A stretch of 64,000 nt of DNA from an uncultured Gammaproteobacteria bacterium (GCA_964536725.1 CAZHYJ010000002.1:91219-155218); one strand, 5' to 3'; counted from the first letter of the stretch, positions 36,798 to 47,374 are shown. The notes: a model not told the origin generated them from the letters alone. Translations and numbers: made by a program.

Positions 36798-37139
36798 TCA
36801 CTTTTTTAATTTAGAATATATTTTGTAGACAGACAAAAAAACTAACCCATAACAAATAATCATACTAGTATATACAAACAACCATTCAATCCATTCTAAC
36901 GGCCCACCGTCAAAACCTAAACCTCTACAGATATTAGTTTTGGAAAGTTTGCAGATTGGCCAAAGAACAATTTTAGAAATATACCACCCACCCAAAAAAG
37001 GCAAAAGTAATAATCTGTAAAGAAAACTGGGTAGTTTTTCAGATAGTGTCCAAAAATTTGTAAGGAAAAAACCAAACAACCCACCGGAGATAAAAATCTG
37101 TGAGCTCCTACTTTTTAGAAAATTCATATTGAGATTCAT
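36798..37139 (-). CDS. hypothetical membrane protein (113 aa)
   Basis: Three hydrophobic segments. No other signal. Confidence 0.3.
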   Translation of the reverse strand: MNLNMNFLKSRSSQIFISGGLFGFFLTNFWTLSEKLPSFLYRLLLLPFLGGWYISKIVLWPICKLSKTNICRGLGFDGGPLEWIEWLFVYTSMIICYGLVFLSVYKIYSKLKK

Positions 37140-37160
37140 TTAGAGTGGTGTGAAATATTT

Positions 37161-37610
37161 TTATTGGATCAGTTGTTTCCATGTTTGTTTAACTGTATTT
37201 GCAATGGATAAGAAAAATTCTTTGTCTTTACGATGAGTTAATAAATTGGCCACTTCATCTATTTTTACCCACCGAGCCTCTGGGTTTTCTGGATCTTTTG
37301 GTTTAAGCTCTGTTTGATTGGTTTTAAAAAGGAAGATGGTAATAGTCTTTTGTTCTGAGATGTTGTCGCCGCCGTCAAGAGAAATTTTGTATCTTTGGTA
37401 GCTTCCCAATTCAGAGATAAATTCCAATTGGTCTATTCCAGATTCTTCATATATTTCTCGTTTTGCAGTTTCTTTTTTGTTTTCTCCGTCTTCGATGTGT
37501 CCCTTGGGGAGCGACCAAGATAGTCCGTGTTGATTCACCACCAGGACTAGGCCGTCTTGGTTAAGGATGACCCCTCCCGCACTCTCAGTTATTTTTTGAT
37601 CGGTTGACAT
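37161..37610 (-). CDS. Nudix hydrolase
   Basis: Nudix box GHIEDGENKKETAKREIYEESGI. Confidence 0.8.
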   Translation of the reverse strand: MSTDQKITESAGGVILNQDGLVLVVNQHGLSWSLPKGHIEDGENKKETAKREIYEESGIDQLEFISELGSYQRYKISLDGGDNISEQKTITIFLFKTNQTELKPKDPENPEARWVKIDEVANLLTHRKDKEFFLSIANTVKQTWKQLIQ

Positions 37611-37626
37611 ATATTCTGCAATAATT

Positions 37627-38040
37627 TTATTGATGATTAATTGGCTTGTAGCCTGTTTTTAGCAGATTCTGAATGGGGACGAAAAGAGGTTGTGGTAATT
37701 GATCCCACTGAAACCACTCCCATTTTTCACATTTTTCTGGCTCCACTACTTTCGCTTCGCCAGCATCGTAATCAGCCAGCATAAATATAGTGATATAATG
37801 TTTTTCTTCTGCTTGAAAAATATCGTTGGTTGCAGTGCTGAAGCGAATATTTTTTATTGTGATACCCGTCTCTTCTTTTACCTCTCTCATAGCGCATTCT
37901 TCCCATGATTCTTTAAATTCCAAATGTCCGCCCGGAAAACTCCACGAACCTTCTCCGTGCGCATTTTTTCTTTTTCCAAAGAGAATCTTGTTGTTTTTAA
38001 CGATAATCACACCGACACCGACTTTTGGTCTTTCATTCAT
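37627..38040 (-). CDS. Nudix hydrolase (MutT-like)
   Basis: Nudix box GGHLEFKESWEECAMREVKEETGI. Confidence 0.8.
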   Translation of the reverse strand: MNERPKVGVGVIIVKNNKILFGKRKNAHGEGSWSFPGGHLEFKESWEECAMREVKEETGITIKNIRFSTATNDIFQAEEKHYITIFMLADYDAGEAKVVEPEKCEKWEWFQWDQLPQPLFVPIQNLLKTGYKPINHQ

Positions 38041-38123
38041 AAATGTAGTTTTTAAAATTATTTATTTAACCAACTACCTGTTAAACTCATATTCCCATCC
38101 TGGTTGCCAAGTTTTTCCTCTTG

Positions 38124-38582
38124 TTACAAATCAATTTTATACCGGCATTTTTGGCGCTCGCCCTTTTCGTACATTTCGTTATGTTCCGGCAAGTCAACTA
38201 TTTCGATTAATTTAAAACCGGCTAGCTCTGCACTTCGTCGAGAAGCGAAGTTGCCTACATTACAAGTAATCCACACTTCACTTAAACCATGTCTTCTGGC
38301 TAGATCAAAGAGTAGCTTGCAGCTGCGGGCAGCAAAGTGGTGTCCGCGATATTTTTCGTCGACACCATATCCGATATTACCTCCGTAAAAGATATTTTCA
38401 TTTTGCCCAATACGTAGATGAATGTAACCCATTTTTTCTTTTGTGGCTGTGTTGTACAGGTCAAATTTATAGGCCGGAACATATTTTTTCTCTACATTTT
38501 CTGGATTGGTTTCGGATAAAATTAACTCTAGCTCATGGTCAACAAGCTTTCCCGGGTCTAAAAATTTAAATTCATTGGCCAT
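38124..38582 (-). CDS. GNAT-family N-acetyltransferase
   Basis: GYGVDEKYRGHHFAARSCKLLFDLARRHG (acetyl-CoA motif A). The start was trimmed to MANEFKFL. The ORF-track N-terminal extension overlaps a neighbouring small ORF. Confidence 0.7.
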   Translation of the reverse strand: MANEFKFLDPGKLVDHELELILSETNPENVEKKYVPAYKFDLYNTATKEKMGYIHLRIGQNENIFYGGNIGYGVDEKYRGHHFAARSCKLLFDLARRHGLSEVWITCNVGNFASRRSAELAGFKLIEIVDLPEHNEMYEKGERQKCRYKIDL

Positions 38583-38596
38583 AATGGGATAATTAT

Positions 38597-38788
38597 TTAC
38601 TTTGGGCCGTTTTTTTTGAATAAAAATATACAACTTACTATAAAAATTATTGAGCAGATTATTAGTCCTAGGAGAGCATATCCTTCCCGCAAACCTCCAT
38701 AGTAGCCATAGCCCCAAAGAAATTTTCCAGTCCTGTATATTCCATATCCAGAAAAAATTAATAATAATGTTAGAGTAATTTTTTTCAT
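38597..38788 (-). CDS. small membrane protein (63 aa)
   Basis: Two TM helices. Gene status is uncertain. Confidence 0.25.
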   Translation of the reverse strand: MKKITLTLLLIFSGYGIYRTGKFLWGYGYYGGLREGYALLGLIICSIIFIVSCIFLFKKNGPK

Positions 38789-38819
38789 AAATTTAAAAAT
38801 ATAATGTGTTATTAAATTT

Positions 38820-39959
38820 TTATCTTCCTCTTATCGTTTCGTCTATATTTCTTTTCTGCAAAAAGTCCCAAACCTTTTCCGCGTAATCCTTTCTTTGTTC
38901 AGGAGTAGCATTTTTAATGTATAAAATTCTATTACCGAAATTCCCATTTAGTGCCATTGTAAAAAAAGCAACAAAATCATCGTGTGTTGGGTGAGTTGTT
39001 AAAAATTCACCGATTACTTTTTTATCATCTGCCGTTTGCACTTCCTCATCCCTAAGTAATCCTCCGATTATTTTGCCTTGCGGATCTTTAATTTCGAATC
39101 TTTTGTAAAAATTTTCACGCACTTCATTTTTTCCATATATTTCAGATTCAATTTGATGTGTAGATTCTGCCGCTTCTCTGTCTGTGGGTATATTACTTTT
39201 TTCAAACATGAATTCCTCTCCTTCTTTTGGTCCAAATAACGCAGAAGCCACATTTCCTAAGTATTGTCTACCAACCCCTTCTTGTGCCGGTACTACGATA
39301 AAATGAGAATAAGTGGTATTAACTCCGTCAACAAAATCTGCCTCTCTTGGAATATATTCCTTTAGTCTGCATTCGGCTGATGTTTCTGTATCCTTGTAAC
39401 CATCAAGCGCTGAACGTGGAAAGGTAAAAAAGAGATTATTGTTAGCGTCAAAATATGCCAGCGTGTCAGGTGACTGCTCTATAACCAAAAAAGCATGGCC
39501 TGGTGCAGTAACAGCAACATGATCAATTCCATGTTCTTGTAAACAAGTCGAGGCTATTAATGTTCTACCGGCACATTCCAGCTGTCCTTTTCTCATTGAG
39601 CTGATTAGAACCCCATCTCTTGGCGCGCTTGGATCAATCTGTTCTTGATCAGAATCTCTCTTTAAAACTTTGAATAGTTCATATGGTAAATTTTCCCGTT
39701 TGATTCCTTCGAGATTTTTTTCAATTTGTTGATATCTGGGCAATGATTTTGTCGCATTTTTTAATTTTTCATCAAAATTATCTAGTTTTTCGGTTGGTTT
39801 AATCTCAAGAGTGCTCAAGATTACTTCTTCAGCCTGCTTTTTTTTCTCTGGTGAGATTTCTTTTTGCACAACAGGTTGCTCAGCCTCTGGAATGGTGGCG
39901 ATAGGAATTTCCTGTTGAAGGTCTGTTGTATCGATTTTTATCGCAGCTTCTATGCTCAT
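38820..39959 (-). CDS. hypothetical protein with transglutaminase-like/papain-like Cys-His-Asp core
   Basis: LECAGRTLIASTCLQEHGI...GHAFLV...YFDANN follows the C..A....L...GI......HAW..V...D pattern of transglutaminase-like cysteine peptidases. Confidence 0.35.
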   Translation of the reverse strand: MSIEAAIKIDTTDLQQEIPIATIPEAEQPVVQKEISPEKKKQAEEVILSTLEIKPTEKLDNFDEKLKNATKSLPRYQQIEKNLEGIKRENLPYELFKVLKRDSDQEQIDPSAPRDGVLISSMRKGQLECAGRTLIASTCLQEHGIDHVAVTAPGHAFLVIEQSPDTLAYFDANNNLFFTFPRSALDGYKDTETSAECRLKEYIPREADFVDGVNTTYSHFIVVPAQEGVGRQYLGNVASALFGPKEGEEFMFEKSNIPTDREAAESTHQIESEIYGKNEVRENFYKRFEIKDPQGKIIGGLLRDEEVQTADDKKVIGEFLTTHPTHDDFVAFFTMALNGNFGNRILYIKNATPEQRKDYAEKVWDFLQKRNIDETIRGR

Positions 39960-40155
39960 AATAATTGATTAAATTTGATGACTATATTTAGTGTCTTACA
40001 CACCAACCATCTGTAAAATTGGCTAATTTAATATCTATTATATCAACCCATACGAAATCAGCAAGGGGATACGAATTTATCAAAAGGTAACAAAAACCCA
40101 TTTTCTCCGTCTTCTATAGTATACCGCCCTTAAAGCGGTGTTAAGTTGCGTTTAT

Positions 40156-41916
40156 ATGGCAAAAATCAATCAAAGGACTTTTAAGATATATTGGCAGCAT
40201 ATAAGACGCTATTCCGGGCTCGGAGTAGTGATGGTTTTGGCTACCATTTTTGCCTCTTTGGTCAATATTATAGTCCCACTCTATTTAAAGAAGTTTTTTG
40301 ATATTTTAGGTGTAGCTGGTTTGGATAAGTCGGCGGCGAGCGCCCTGGTCAGTATTTTGATAACGGTGGCAATATTTGAGATAGTAAGTTGGATATTTTG
40401 GCGTGTCTCTGCTTTTGCGGCTTCAGCGCTACAGGCCAAGGTGATGGCCGATTTGGGTAATACTTGTTTCCAATATATTCATCGCCATTCTTTTTCCTAT
40501 TTCAACAACAACTTTGTCGGTTCGTTGGTTAAAAAAGTAAATCGTTTTACGCATTCATTTGAAGGAATTGCTGATCGTGTGACTTTTGATGTGTTACAGT
40601 TGTTGGTGAAGATAACGGCAATTTTGACTGTATTGTTTATCACTAATTTTATCTTAGGTATCGGTTTGGCTGTTTGGATTGTCATATTCTTGCTAGTCAA
40701 CTGGTTTTTTATCCGTTACAAACTACGCTACGATTTGGAACGCAGTACGGCAGATAGTAAATTGACCAGTGTCTTGGCGGATACGATTACAAACAATTTA
40801 AATGTTAAATTGTTTAATGGTTACAAAAAAGAATGCAAGAACTACGGCGAGGCGAATGCAAAATTGGCAGGGTTGCGTCTGTTCACTTGGAATCTTGGTA
40901 ATTACTTTGACGGTGCCCAAGGGTTTCTGATGATTGTCTTGGAAATTGGTCTGTATTATGTCGGTATTAGATTGTGGCAAGTGGGAAAATTCACCGTGGG
41001 TGATTTCTTTTTGTTGCAATCATACGTTTTCTTGGTGATTATCAACATCTGGAACTTTGGTAGAGTATTACAACGTATCTATGAGGACCTTGCAGAAGCA
41101 GAAGAGATGACTGAAGTTTTGACTACGCCACATGAGATTGTGGATGCGCCGAAAGCGGTTCAGCTTGAAGTGACAAAAGGGGAGATTGAATTTTTCAAGG
41201 TTGGGTTTAATTACAATGAGACCCGAAAAATCTTAAAGGATTTTAATTTCCATGTTGCGCAGGGTGAGAAGGTGGCGTTGGTTGGTCCTTCAGGCGCGGG
41301 CAAGACTACAGTAATTAAGTTGCTCTTACGTTTATACGAATTGAGCAGCGGTCAGATCTTGATCGACAAACAAAGGATTGATCGCGTAACTTTGGAAAGT
41401 TTGTGGCAGAACATTAGCTTGGTGCCACAAGATCCAATTCTTTTTCACCGTACTTTAAAAGAGAATATCCGTTATGGTAAATTTGATGCCACCGACGAAG
41501 AAGTTATCGAGGCGGCCAAGATGGCATATTGTCATGATTTCATCACTGGTTTAAGTGAAGGTTACGAAACCTATGTCGGTGAACGCGGGATTAAGTTGTC
41601 TGGCGGAGAAAGACAGCGGGTGGCGATTGCGCGGGCGATTTTACGCAATGCACCAATCTTGGTGTTGGATGAAGCTACTTCTAGTTTGGATTCAGAATCA
41701 GAGCAAGAGATCCAGCGTGGTTTAGATAACTTGATGAAGAACAAGTCAGTAATCGTGATCGCTCACCGTTTGTCGACAATTATGAAGATGGACAGAATTG
41801 TAGTGATTGATCAGGGTAAGGTAGTTGAGGATGGTACCCACGATGAATTACTCAAGAAGCGTGGTGGGTTGTACAAAAAACTGTGGCAGTTGCAGGCCGG
41901 TGGGTTCATTAAGTAA
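40156..41916 (+). CDS. ABC exporter, fused permease-ATPase (MsbA/Mdl-like)
   Basis: Six-TM N-terminal half. NBD with GPSGAGKTT, LSGGERQRVAIARAIL and VLDEATSSLD. The ATG at 40156 is preferred over the GTG at 40138. Confidence 0.85.
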   Translation: MAKINQRTFKIYWQHIRRYSGLGVVMVLATIFASLVNIIVPLYLKKFFDILGVAGLDKSAASALVSILITVAIFEIVSWIFWRVSAFAASALQAKVMADLGNTCFQYIHRHSFSYFNNNFVGSLVKKVNRFTHSFEGIADRVTFDVLQLLVKITAILTVLFITNFILGIGLAVWIVIFLLVNWFFIRYKLRYDLERSTADSKLTSVLADTITNNLNVKLFNGYKKECKNYGEANAKLAGLRLFTWNLGNYFDGAQGFLMIVLEIGLYYVGIRLWQVGKFTVGDFFLLQSYVFLVIINIWNFGRVLQRIYEDLAEAEEMTEVLTTPHEIVDAPKAVQLEVTKGEIEFFKVGFNYNETRKILKDFNFHVAQGEKVALVGPSGAGKTTVIKLLLRLYELSSGQILIDKQRIDRVTLESLWQNISLVPQDPILFHRTLKENIRYGKFDATDEEVIEAAKMAYCHDFITGLSEGYETYVGERGIKLSGGERQRVAIARAILRNAPILVLDEATSSLDSESEQEIQRGLDNLMKNKSVIVIAHRLSTIMKMDRIVVIDQGKVVEDGTHDELLKKRGGLYKKLWQLQAGGFIK

Positions 41917-41986
41917 AAAACAAAAAGCAGTGGTTAAAAGCCATTGCTTTTTTGTTAGTTTGACGGTATAATTTTAGTATTAATTA

Positions 41987-42418
41987 TTGTTTAATATGTG
42001 GTTAGTTTTAGCTTTTCTCTCAGCGGCAACCGCTGCCTTGGTGGCAATATTTGGTAAATTGGGGCTTAAGAATGTTGACCCAACTTTTGCGACGACAGTG
42101 CGGTCTTTGATTATGGCTGTATTTTTGGTTGTGACCAGCTTGTTCTTGGGGAAATTTAATAATATAAACTTTGGTTCTTTAAGCAATCGTGATTGGCTGT
42201 TGATTGTGTTGGCTGGTGTTGCCGGTGCGCTTTCTTGGTTGTTTTATTTTGGAGCGTTAAAGGTTGGTTTGGCAACTAAGGTAGTGGTGATCGATCGGTT
42301 GAGTTTAGTTTTTGTTGTGATTTTGGCCGCGCTGTTTTTAGGTGAGGCATTAAGTTGGCGTGTTGCGTTAGGCTCCGTTTTAATGGTGGCGGGTGCGGTT
42401 ATTATTTCTTTGAAATAA
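41987..42418 (+). CDS. EamA/DMT-superfamily small membrane transporter (4 TM)
   Basis: 143 aa with four helices and an EamA-like GxxxG pattern. Confidence 0.55.
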   Translation: MFNMWLVLAFLSAATAALVAIFGKLGLKNVDPTFATTVRSLIMAVFLVVTSLFLGKFNNINFGSLSNRDWLLIVLAGVAGALSWLFYFGALKVGLATKVVVIDRLSLVFVVILAALFLGEALSWRVALGSVLMVAGAVIISLK

Positions 42419-42420
42419 AT

Positions 42421-43191
42421 ATGGCTGAAATTTTGGGAGTGAGAATTGATAGTGTTAGTTTGGTTGAAGTAAAGGAAAGGGTTGGGCTGTGGTTGAAGGG
42501 GTCGGAACAGAAAAAGATATTTACTCCCAACCCAGAAATGCTAGTGTTGGCACAAAAATTTCCACGTTTTAAGGAGGTCTTGAATGGGGGAGACCTGAAT
42601 TTGTGTGATGGGTTCGGAATCACGTTGGTGAGTGGGGGAAAAATTAAAAGAATACCCGGGTCAGACTTTGTTTGGGAGTTGTGTGAGATGGCGGAGAAGA
42701 ATGATAAAAAAGTTTTTTTGTTAGGCACTGGGAGTGACGAAGTGTTATTAAAAACAAAAGAAGTATTGAACACAAAATTTGTTCAGCTAAAGATTGTTGG
42801 AATGGACAAAGGGCCAAAGATTGAGGTTGTTGGGGGAGATGTTAAAGTAAATGGTGAGGAAAATAACGAGACATTAAGAAAGATAAACGAGAGTGGTGCT
42901 GAAGTTTTGATTGTTGCGTTTGGTCAGATGAAACAGGAGATGTGGATTGAAGAGTTTTTGCCAAAGTTACCAGGTGTGAAATTGGCAATCGGCGTAGGTG
43001 GGGCGTTGGATTATATCGGTGGCAAGGTCAAACGTGCACCACGTTGGGTGCGTAAGATTGGATTTGAGTGGTTGTATAGACTAATCAGGGAACCACGAAG
43101 AGTTAAGAGAATATTTACAGCAACATTTTTATTTATATATTATATTATTAAAAAATATGGCAGAGCAAAATCCTGCGGCAGAACATTTTAA
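42421..43191 (+). CDS. WecB/TagA/CpsF-family glycosyltransferase
   Basis: MAEILGVRIDSVSL...KIFTPNPEMLV...GDLNLCDGFGI matches the family N-terminus. The ATG at 42421 was chosen over the upstream non-ATG start. Confidence 0.8.
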   Translation: MAEILGVRIDSVSLVEVKERVGLWLKGSEQKKIFTPNPEMLVLAQKFPRFKEVLNGGDLNLCDGFGITLVSGGKIKRIPGSDFVWELCEMAEKNDKKVFLLGTGSDEVLLKTKEVLNTKFVQLKIVGMDKGPKIEVVGGDVKVNGEENNETLRKINESGAEVLIVAFGQMKQEMWIEEFLPKLPGVKLAIGVGGALDYIGGKVKRAPRWVRKIGFEWLYRLIREPRRVKRIFTATFLFIYYIIKKYGRAKSCGRTF

Positions 43192-43564
43192 AACAGATTC
43201 GCTAACAAATTTTGGTGGAATCTCCCGTATCCCTGTTGGTGGGCCGATTTTCGATGCGGCCACTCGCTGGCACAGGAAAATTGTGACGATCGGTCCGTCA
43301 GGTAATATAGGTGAGGTTGTTTTGCCAAATATCGATGGAATATCAGACGAGGTTATTGATGAAGTTTATTCTCAGTTTGTCCATGATTATTTATCAGATG
43401 TTGATGATGTGAGGTTAAAGGATTTGAGAGAAAGGTACTCAAAGGGGGAAGTGGATGAAGAGTTGGTTATAAATGAAAATGAAGAAGAAATATTGGGGGA
43501 GGAATATGAAAAATATTTACTTGAGAAAGGAATAATAAGTAAAAAAGATCTAAAAAATTCATAA
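43157..43564 (+). CDS. hypothetical acidic protein (135 aa)
   Basis: Intact ORF. Overlaps the previous gene out of frame. No motif I can name. Confidence 0.3.
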   Translation: MAEQNPAAEHFKTDSLTNFGGISRIPVGGPIFDAATRWHRKIVTIGPSGNIGEVVLPNIDGISDEVIDEVYSQFVHDYLSDVDDVRLKDLRERYSKGEVDEELVINENEEEILGEEYEKYLLEKGIISKKDLKNS

Positions 43565-43573
43565 GAATATTTT

Positions 43574-45046
43574 ATGATTCGAACACGTTTTGCACCCAGC
43601 CCAACCGGCTTTGTCCATGTTGGCAGTCTGTATATAGCTTTGTTTGCTTATCTAGTTGCTAAAAAGAATGATGGCCAATTTCTGCTTCGCATTGAAGACA
43701 CTGACCAGAAAAGACTAGTTGAAGGATCGGTTGAAGCAGTACTGCGAGCGTTAAATTGGGCAGGTATCAATCCTGATGAGGGAGTGGTGTTGGCCAGCGA
43801 TGGTAAGGGTGTTGCCCAAAAAGGTGACAAGGGGCCATATATCCAATCGGAGAGACTGGAAATTTATCGCAAGTATGTAGATCAATTACTAGAAAATGGT
43901 CAGGCATATTATTGTTTTTGTACACCAGAACGGCTGGAAGAGGTGCGTGACAATCAGCAGAAAAACAAGCTACCTACTGGTTATGATGGTCACTGTCGTA
44001 ATATTGACCCAGAAGAAGCTAAAAAAAGAGTGGCTAACGGAGAAAAATATACAATACGTCTCAAGATGCCCAAGACGGGTGAGACGACTTTTAACGATTT
44101 GATTAGAGGGGAAGTTTCTTTTAAAAACGAACTCGTTGATGATCAGGTATTATTAAAGGCCGATGGTTTTCCAACCTATCACCTGGCTGTTGTTGTCGAC
44201 GATCATTTAATGGAAATATCGCATGTGATTAGAGGCGAAGAATGGTTGTCTAGTACTCCCAAGCATGTACAGTTGTATAAATACTTCGGTTGGGAGGCGC
44301 CGCAGTTTGCGCACCTGTCACTTTTACTTAATGCGGACAAAACAAAATTAAGCAAACGTAAGGGTGATGTGGCGGTGGAAGACTATATCAAAAAAGGATA
44401 CCTGCCAGAGGCAATGATTAACTTTGTTGCTTTCTTGGGCTGGAATCCAGGAGGTGAGAGGGAGTTGTACGCACTGGAAGAATTGGTTAAGGAGTTTAGT
44501 TTTGAGAAGACTACCAAAGCAGGGGCGGTATTTAATTTAGAAAAATTAGATTGGTATAACCGGGAATATCTAAAGCGGATGACGAATGAAAAAATTGCCG
44601 AAGTTTCGGCAAAATATTTTTCAGCAACCGATTGGTGGCAAGATGGTTGGACACAGAAATTACCCATGGCGATTAGTTTAGAGAAAGAGCGGGTTACTAC
44701 TTTGACTGAGTTACCGGAAGCGATTAAGTTTGTTTTTGTTCGGCCAGAATACCAAAAAGATATTTTGATTTGGAAGAAAAGTAATTTGGAAGATGCAAAA
44801 AAAGTATTACAAGAACTCGGTTCTACATTGGATATTTTTAGTGTTCAAGATTGGGATAAGGACAATTTGCAGGTTAGGATAGGGGAGTGGGTGAAAGAAA
44901 AAGAGTACAACAACGGTATGGTCTTGTGGCCAATGCGTGTGGCACTGTCTGGTCAAGAAAATTCTCCTGGACCATTTGAGATTGCGGAAGTTTTGGGCAA
45001 GGAAGAAGCAATCGCACGTATAAAAATTGCGGCAGAAAAATTGTAG
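43574..45046 (+). CDS. gltX: glutamate--tRNA ligase
   Basis: HIGH-type PSPTGFVHVG and KMSKS-type KLSKRKG. Class I GluRS fold throughout. Confidence 0.9.
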   Translation: MIRTRFAPSPTGFVHVGSLYIALFAYLVAKKNDGQFLLRIEDTDQKRLVEGSVEAVLRALNWAGINPDEGVVLASDGKGVAQKGDKGPYIQSERLEIYRKYVDQLLENGQAYYCFCTPERLEEVRDNQQKNKLPTGYDGHCRNIDPEEAKKRVANGEKYTIRLKMPKTGETTFNDLIRGEVSFKNELVDDQVLLKADGFPTYHLAVVVDDHLMEISHVIRGEEWLSSTPKHVQLYKYFGWEAPQFAHLSLLLNADKTKLSKRKGDVAVEDYIKKGYLPEAMINFVAFLGWNPGGERELYALEELVKEFSFEKTTKAGAVFNLEKLDWYNREYLKRMTNEKIAEVSAKYFSATDWWQDGWTQKLPMAISLEKERVTTLTELPEAIKFVFVRPEYQKDILIWKKSNLEDAKKVLQELGSTLDIFSVQDWDKDNLQVRIGEWVKEKEYNNGMVLWPMRVALSGQENSPGPFEIAEVLGKEEAIARIKIAAEKL

Positions 45047-45079
45047 GCAGAAGTTATAATTTTGTGGTATAATACTACC

Positions 45080-46312
45080 ATGAAAAAAATTTGGTATTTA
45101 TCGTTCATCCTTTTGTTTTTAGGCGCTGGACTATTCTGGACGTCTAGTTTTGTTTTGAGCGTTGATGTTGGAGGTAATACTGAAGAAATTAGTGTATTAA
45201 ACAAAGAAATCGCTGCACGTAAGGATAAAATTAAAGAACTCGAAGAAACAATTAGTAAATACAATAAAAACATTGCCCAAAAACAATTAGAGGGCGTTTC
45301 TTTGCGCAATCAAATTGGAATTTTGGATAGTAGAATGGAAAAGATCAGTATTGATATTGAATTAACCAAAGAAAAGATAAAAGAAACTGAACTGGAGATT
45401 GAGGCGTTGGAGTTGTCGATAAAAGATAAAGAGACGGCGATTGCTAAGCAAAAGCTGATAATTACCGAAATTATACAAAGCTTACACGCGAATGATCAGA
45501 AGAACTATATTGAGATACTCTTAACTAATAACAGTTTTGCTGATTTTTATAACCAAGCAAAATATTTGGAGAATGTTTACGTAGATCTGGGACGTTCGGT
45601 GAAATCATTGCGGTTGGCACAAGAAGACTTGGTAAACAAACGTCAGCAAGCTGACACTCGTCGTTTGACTTTTGAAGATTTAAAAAAGCAGCTAGAGGAA
45701 AAGAAAGCGGATTTAAACGATCAGTCTGGGGTTAAACAAAATTTATTAGTACAGACAAAATCATCAGAATTACATTACGCAACACTGTTGGCTAGTTTGA
45801 AAAAGCAGTATCAAGTAATCGAGAGTGAAGTAAGAAGCTACGAAGACGAAGTGCGCAAAAAACTAGAGGCACAGGACAAAATACAGGAGACAGGTGATGT
45901 CTTGTTGGCTTGGCCAACACCAGGGCATTATATAACAGCATATTATCATGATCCAGAATATCCTTATCGCCGTGTCTTTGAGCACAATGCTATTGATATT
46001 CGCGCGGCACAAGGAACCCCACTTAGGGCGGCGGCTTCTGGGTATGTTGGGCGAGCAAAAACCTGTACCCTCGCGTCTTGTTATAGTTATGTGCTCTTAA
46101 TTCACACAGGCAATCTTTCTACAGTCTATGGTCATATGAGTCGCATTATCGTGTCAGAAGATAGTTTTGTTAATCGTGGTGATGTGATTGGGTATTCCGG
46201 TGGTACTCCGGGAACGGTTGGTGCGGGTGCTTTTGTAACTGGTCCACACCTCCACTTTGAAGTGCGTAAGAATGGTATTCCAGTCAATCCTTTAGGTTAT
46301 TTAGTGCAATAG
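45080..46312 (+). CDS. M23/LytM-family peptidoglycan endopeptidase with N-terminal coiled coil (EnvC-like)
   Basis: Signal/TM segment, a long coiled coil, then HNAIDI...GPHLHFEV (the M23 HxxxD and HxH motifs). Confidence 0.75.
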   Translation: MKKIWYLSFILLFLGAGLFWTSSFVLSVDVGGNTEEISVLNKEIAARKDKIKELEETISKYNKNIAQKQLEGVSLRNQIGILDSRMEKISIDIELTKEKIKETELEIEALELSIKDKETAIAKQKLIITEIIQSLHANDQKNYIEILLTNNSFADFYNQAKYLENVYVDLGRSVKSLRLAQEDLVNKRQQADTRRLTFEDLKKQLEEKKADLNDQSGVKQNLLVQTKSSELHYATLLASLKKQYQVIESEVRSYEDEVRKKLEAQDKIQETGDVLLAWPTPGHYITAYYHDPEYPYRRVFEHNAIDIRAAQGTPLRAAASGYVGRAKTCTLASCYSYVLLIHTGNLSTVYGHMSRIIVSEDSFVNRGDVIGYSGGTPGTVGAGAFVTGPHLHFEVRKNGIPVNPLGYLVQ

Positions 46313-46315
46313 ATT

Positions 46316-47374
46316 ATGAAAAAGAAAATTAAAGTTGGTGTAATTTTTGGTGGACCGTCAACAGAACGAGAAATTTCCTTGATTACCGGCAGAGCAATTT
46401 GCGATAATTTAGATACGAAAAAATATCTTGTTAGTCAGATAGAGATGGATAAACAAAGCCGGTTTTGGTTAAAAGAAAAAGGTGGAAAACGTTTAGTAGA
46501 TTTTATAAACAAAGATCGTAAGAAATTCGACATCATATTTATCGCATTACATGGTGCTCCTGGTGAAGATGGCGAGATCCAGGGCATGTTTGATGCTTTG
46601 GGGATAAAATATACCGGCTGCGGTGTATTGGCGAGTGCACTAGCGATGAATAAAGTATATGCTGCTCAGATATATCTGATAAATGGATTACCACACCCAG
46701 AGTTTATTCATTTCAAAAAAGATGGTTGGAAAGATTATAAAAAGGATGTTCTCAAAGATATTAATGAAAAAATTGGCTTTCCTGCGGTGATTAAGCCGGT
46801 GGACCAAGGTTCAGCCGTGGGTATTTCGATTGTTAAAAACGAAAAAGAATTGCTTTTGGCGATTGATAAATCTGTCAAACAATTTCCTTGGTTGTTGGTT
46901 CAGAAATTTATCAAAGGGCAAGAAGCTACATGTGGAGTTTTAGAGAAGAAAGGTCAAATATTTGCCTTACCACCGACACATATTATTGCTAACGCCGGTG
47001 AGTTTTATGATTACAAATCGAAATATTCCAAAGGTGGTTCAACCCATATCTGTCCAGCAGATTTTTCTCCAGAAACCAACGAGCAGCTCCAGCACTTGGC
47101 ACTTTTAGCGCATAAGGCATTACATTGCCGTGGAATGTCACGAACCGATATCTTTGTGGCGGATGAAGAAGAGGTTTGCGGTTGTGAGGAACACAAAGAT
47201 AATGCTTGTGGCCATAGAACATCAGCACCATTTCACAATCACAAAAAACTATATATTATTGAAACTAACACTATCCCAGGCATGACACCAACCAGTTTAT
47301 TCCCAGAAGCGGCAGGTAAAGCGGGGATTAAGTTTAGTGAGATGTTGGATTTGATTATAAAAGCCAGCTTGTAA
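46316..47374 (+). CDS. ddl: D-alanine--D-alanine ligase (with unusual Cys/His-rich insertion)
   Basis: GGPSTEREISL, IALHGAPGEDGEIQG and IETNTIPGMT motifs. A 26-aa CGCEEHKDNACGHRTSAPFHNH insertion precedes the last strand. Confidence 0.85.
   Translation: MKKKIKVGVIFGGPSTEREISLITGRAICDNLDTKKYLVSQIEMDKQSRFWLKEKGGKRLVDFINKDRKKFDIIFIALHGAPGEDGEIQGMFDALGIKYTGCGVLASALAMNKVYAAQIYLINGLPHPEFIHFKKDGWKDYKKDVLKDINEKIGFPAVIKPVDQGSAVGISIVKNEKELLLAIDKSVKQFPWLLVQKFIKGQEATCGVLEKKGQIFALPPTHIIANAGEFYDYKSKYSKGGSTHICPADFSPETNEQLQHLALLAHKALHCRGMSRTDIFVADEEEVCGCEEHKDNACGHRTSAPFHNHKKLYIIETNTIPGMTPTSLFPEAAGKAGIKFSEMLDLIIKASL

Noticed and set aside
38583-38717. 45-aa N-terminal extension of the GNAT ORF
   Set aside because: It overlaps the 63-aa ORF and is not GNAT-like. 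The internal Met (MANEFKFL) gives a normal approx 150-aa GNAT.
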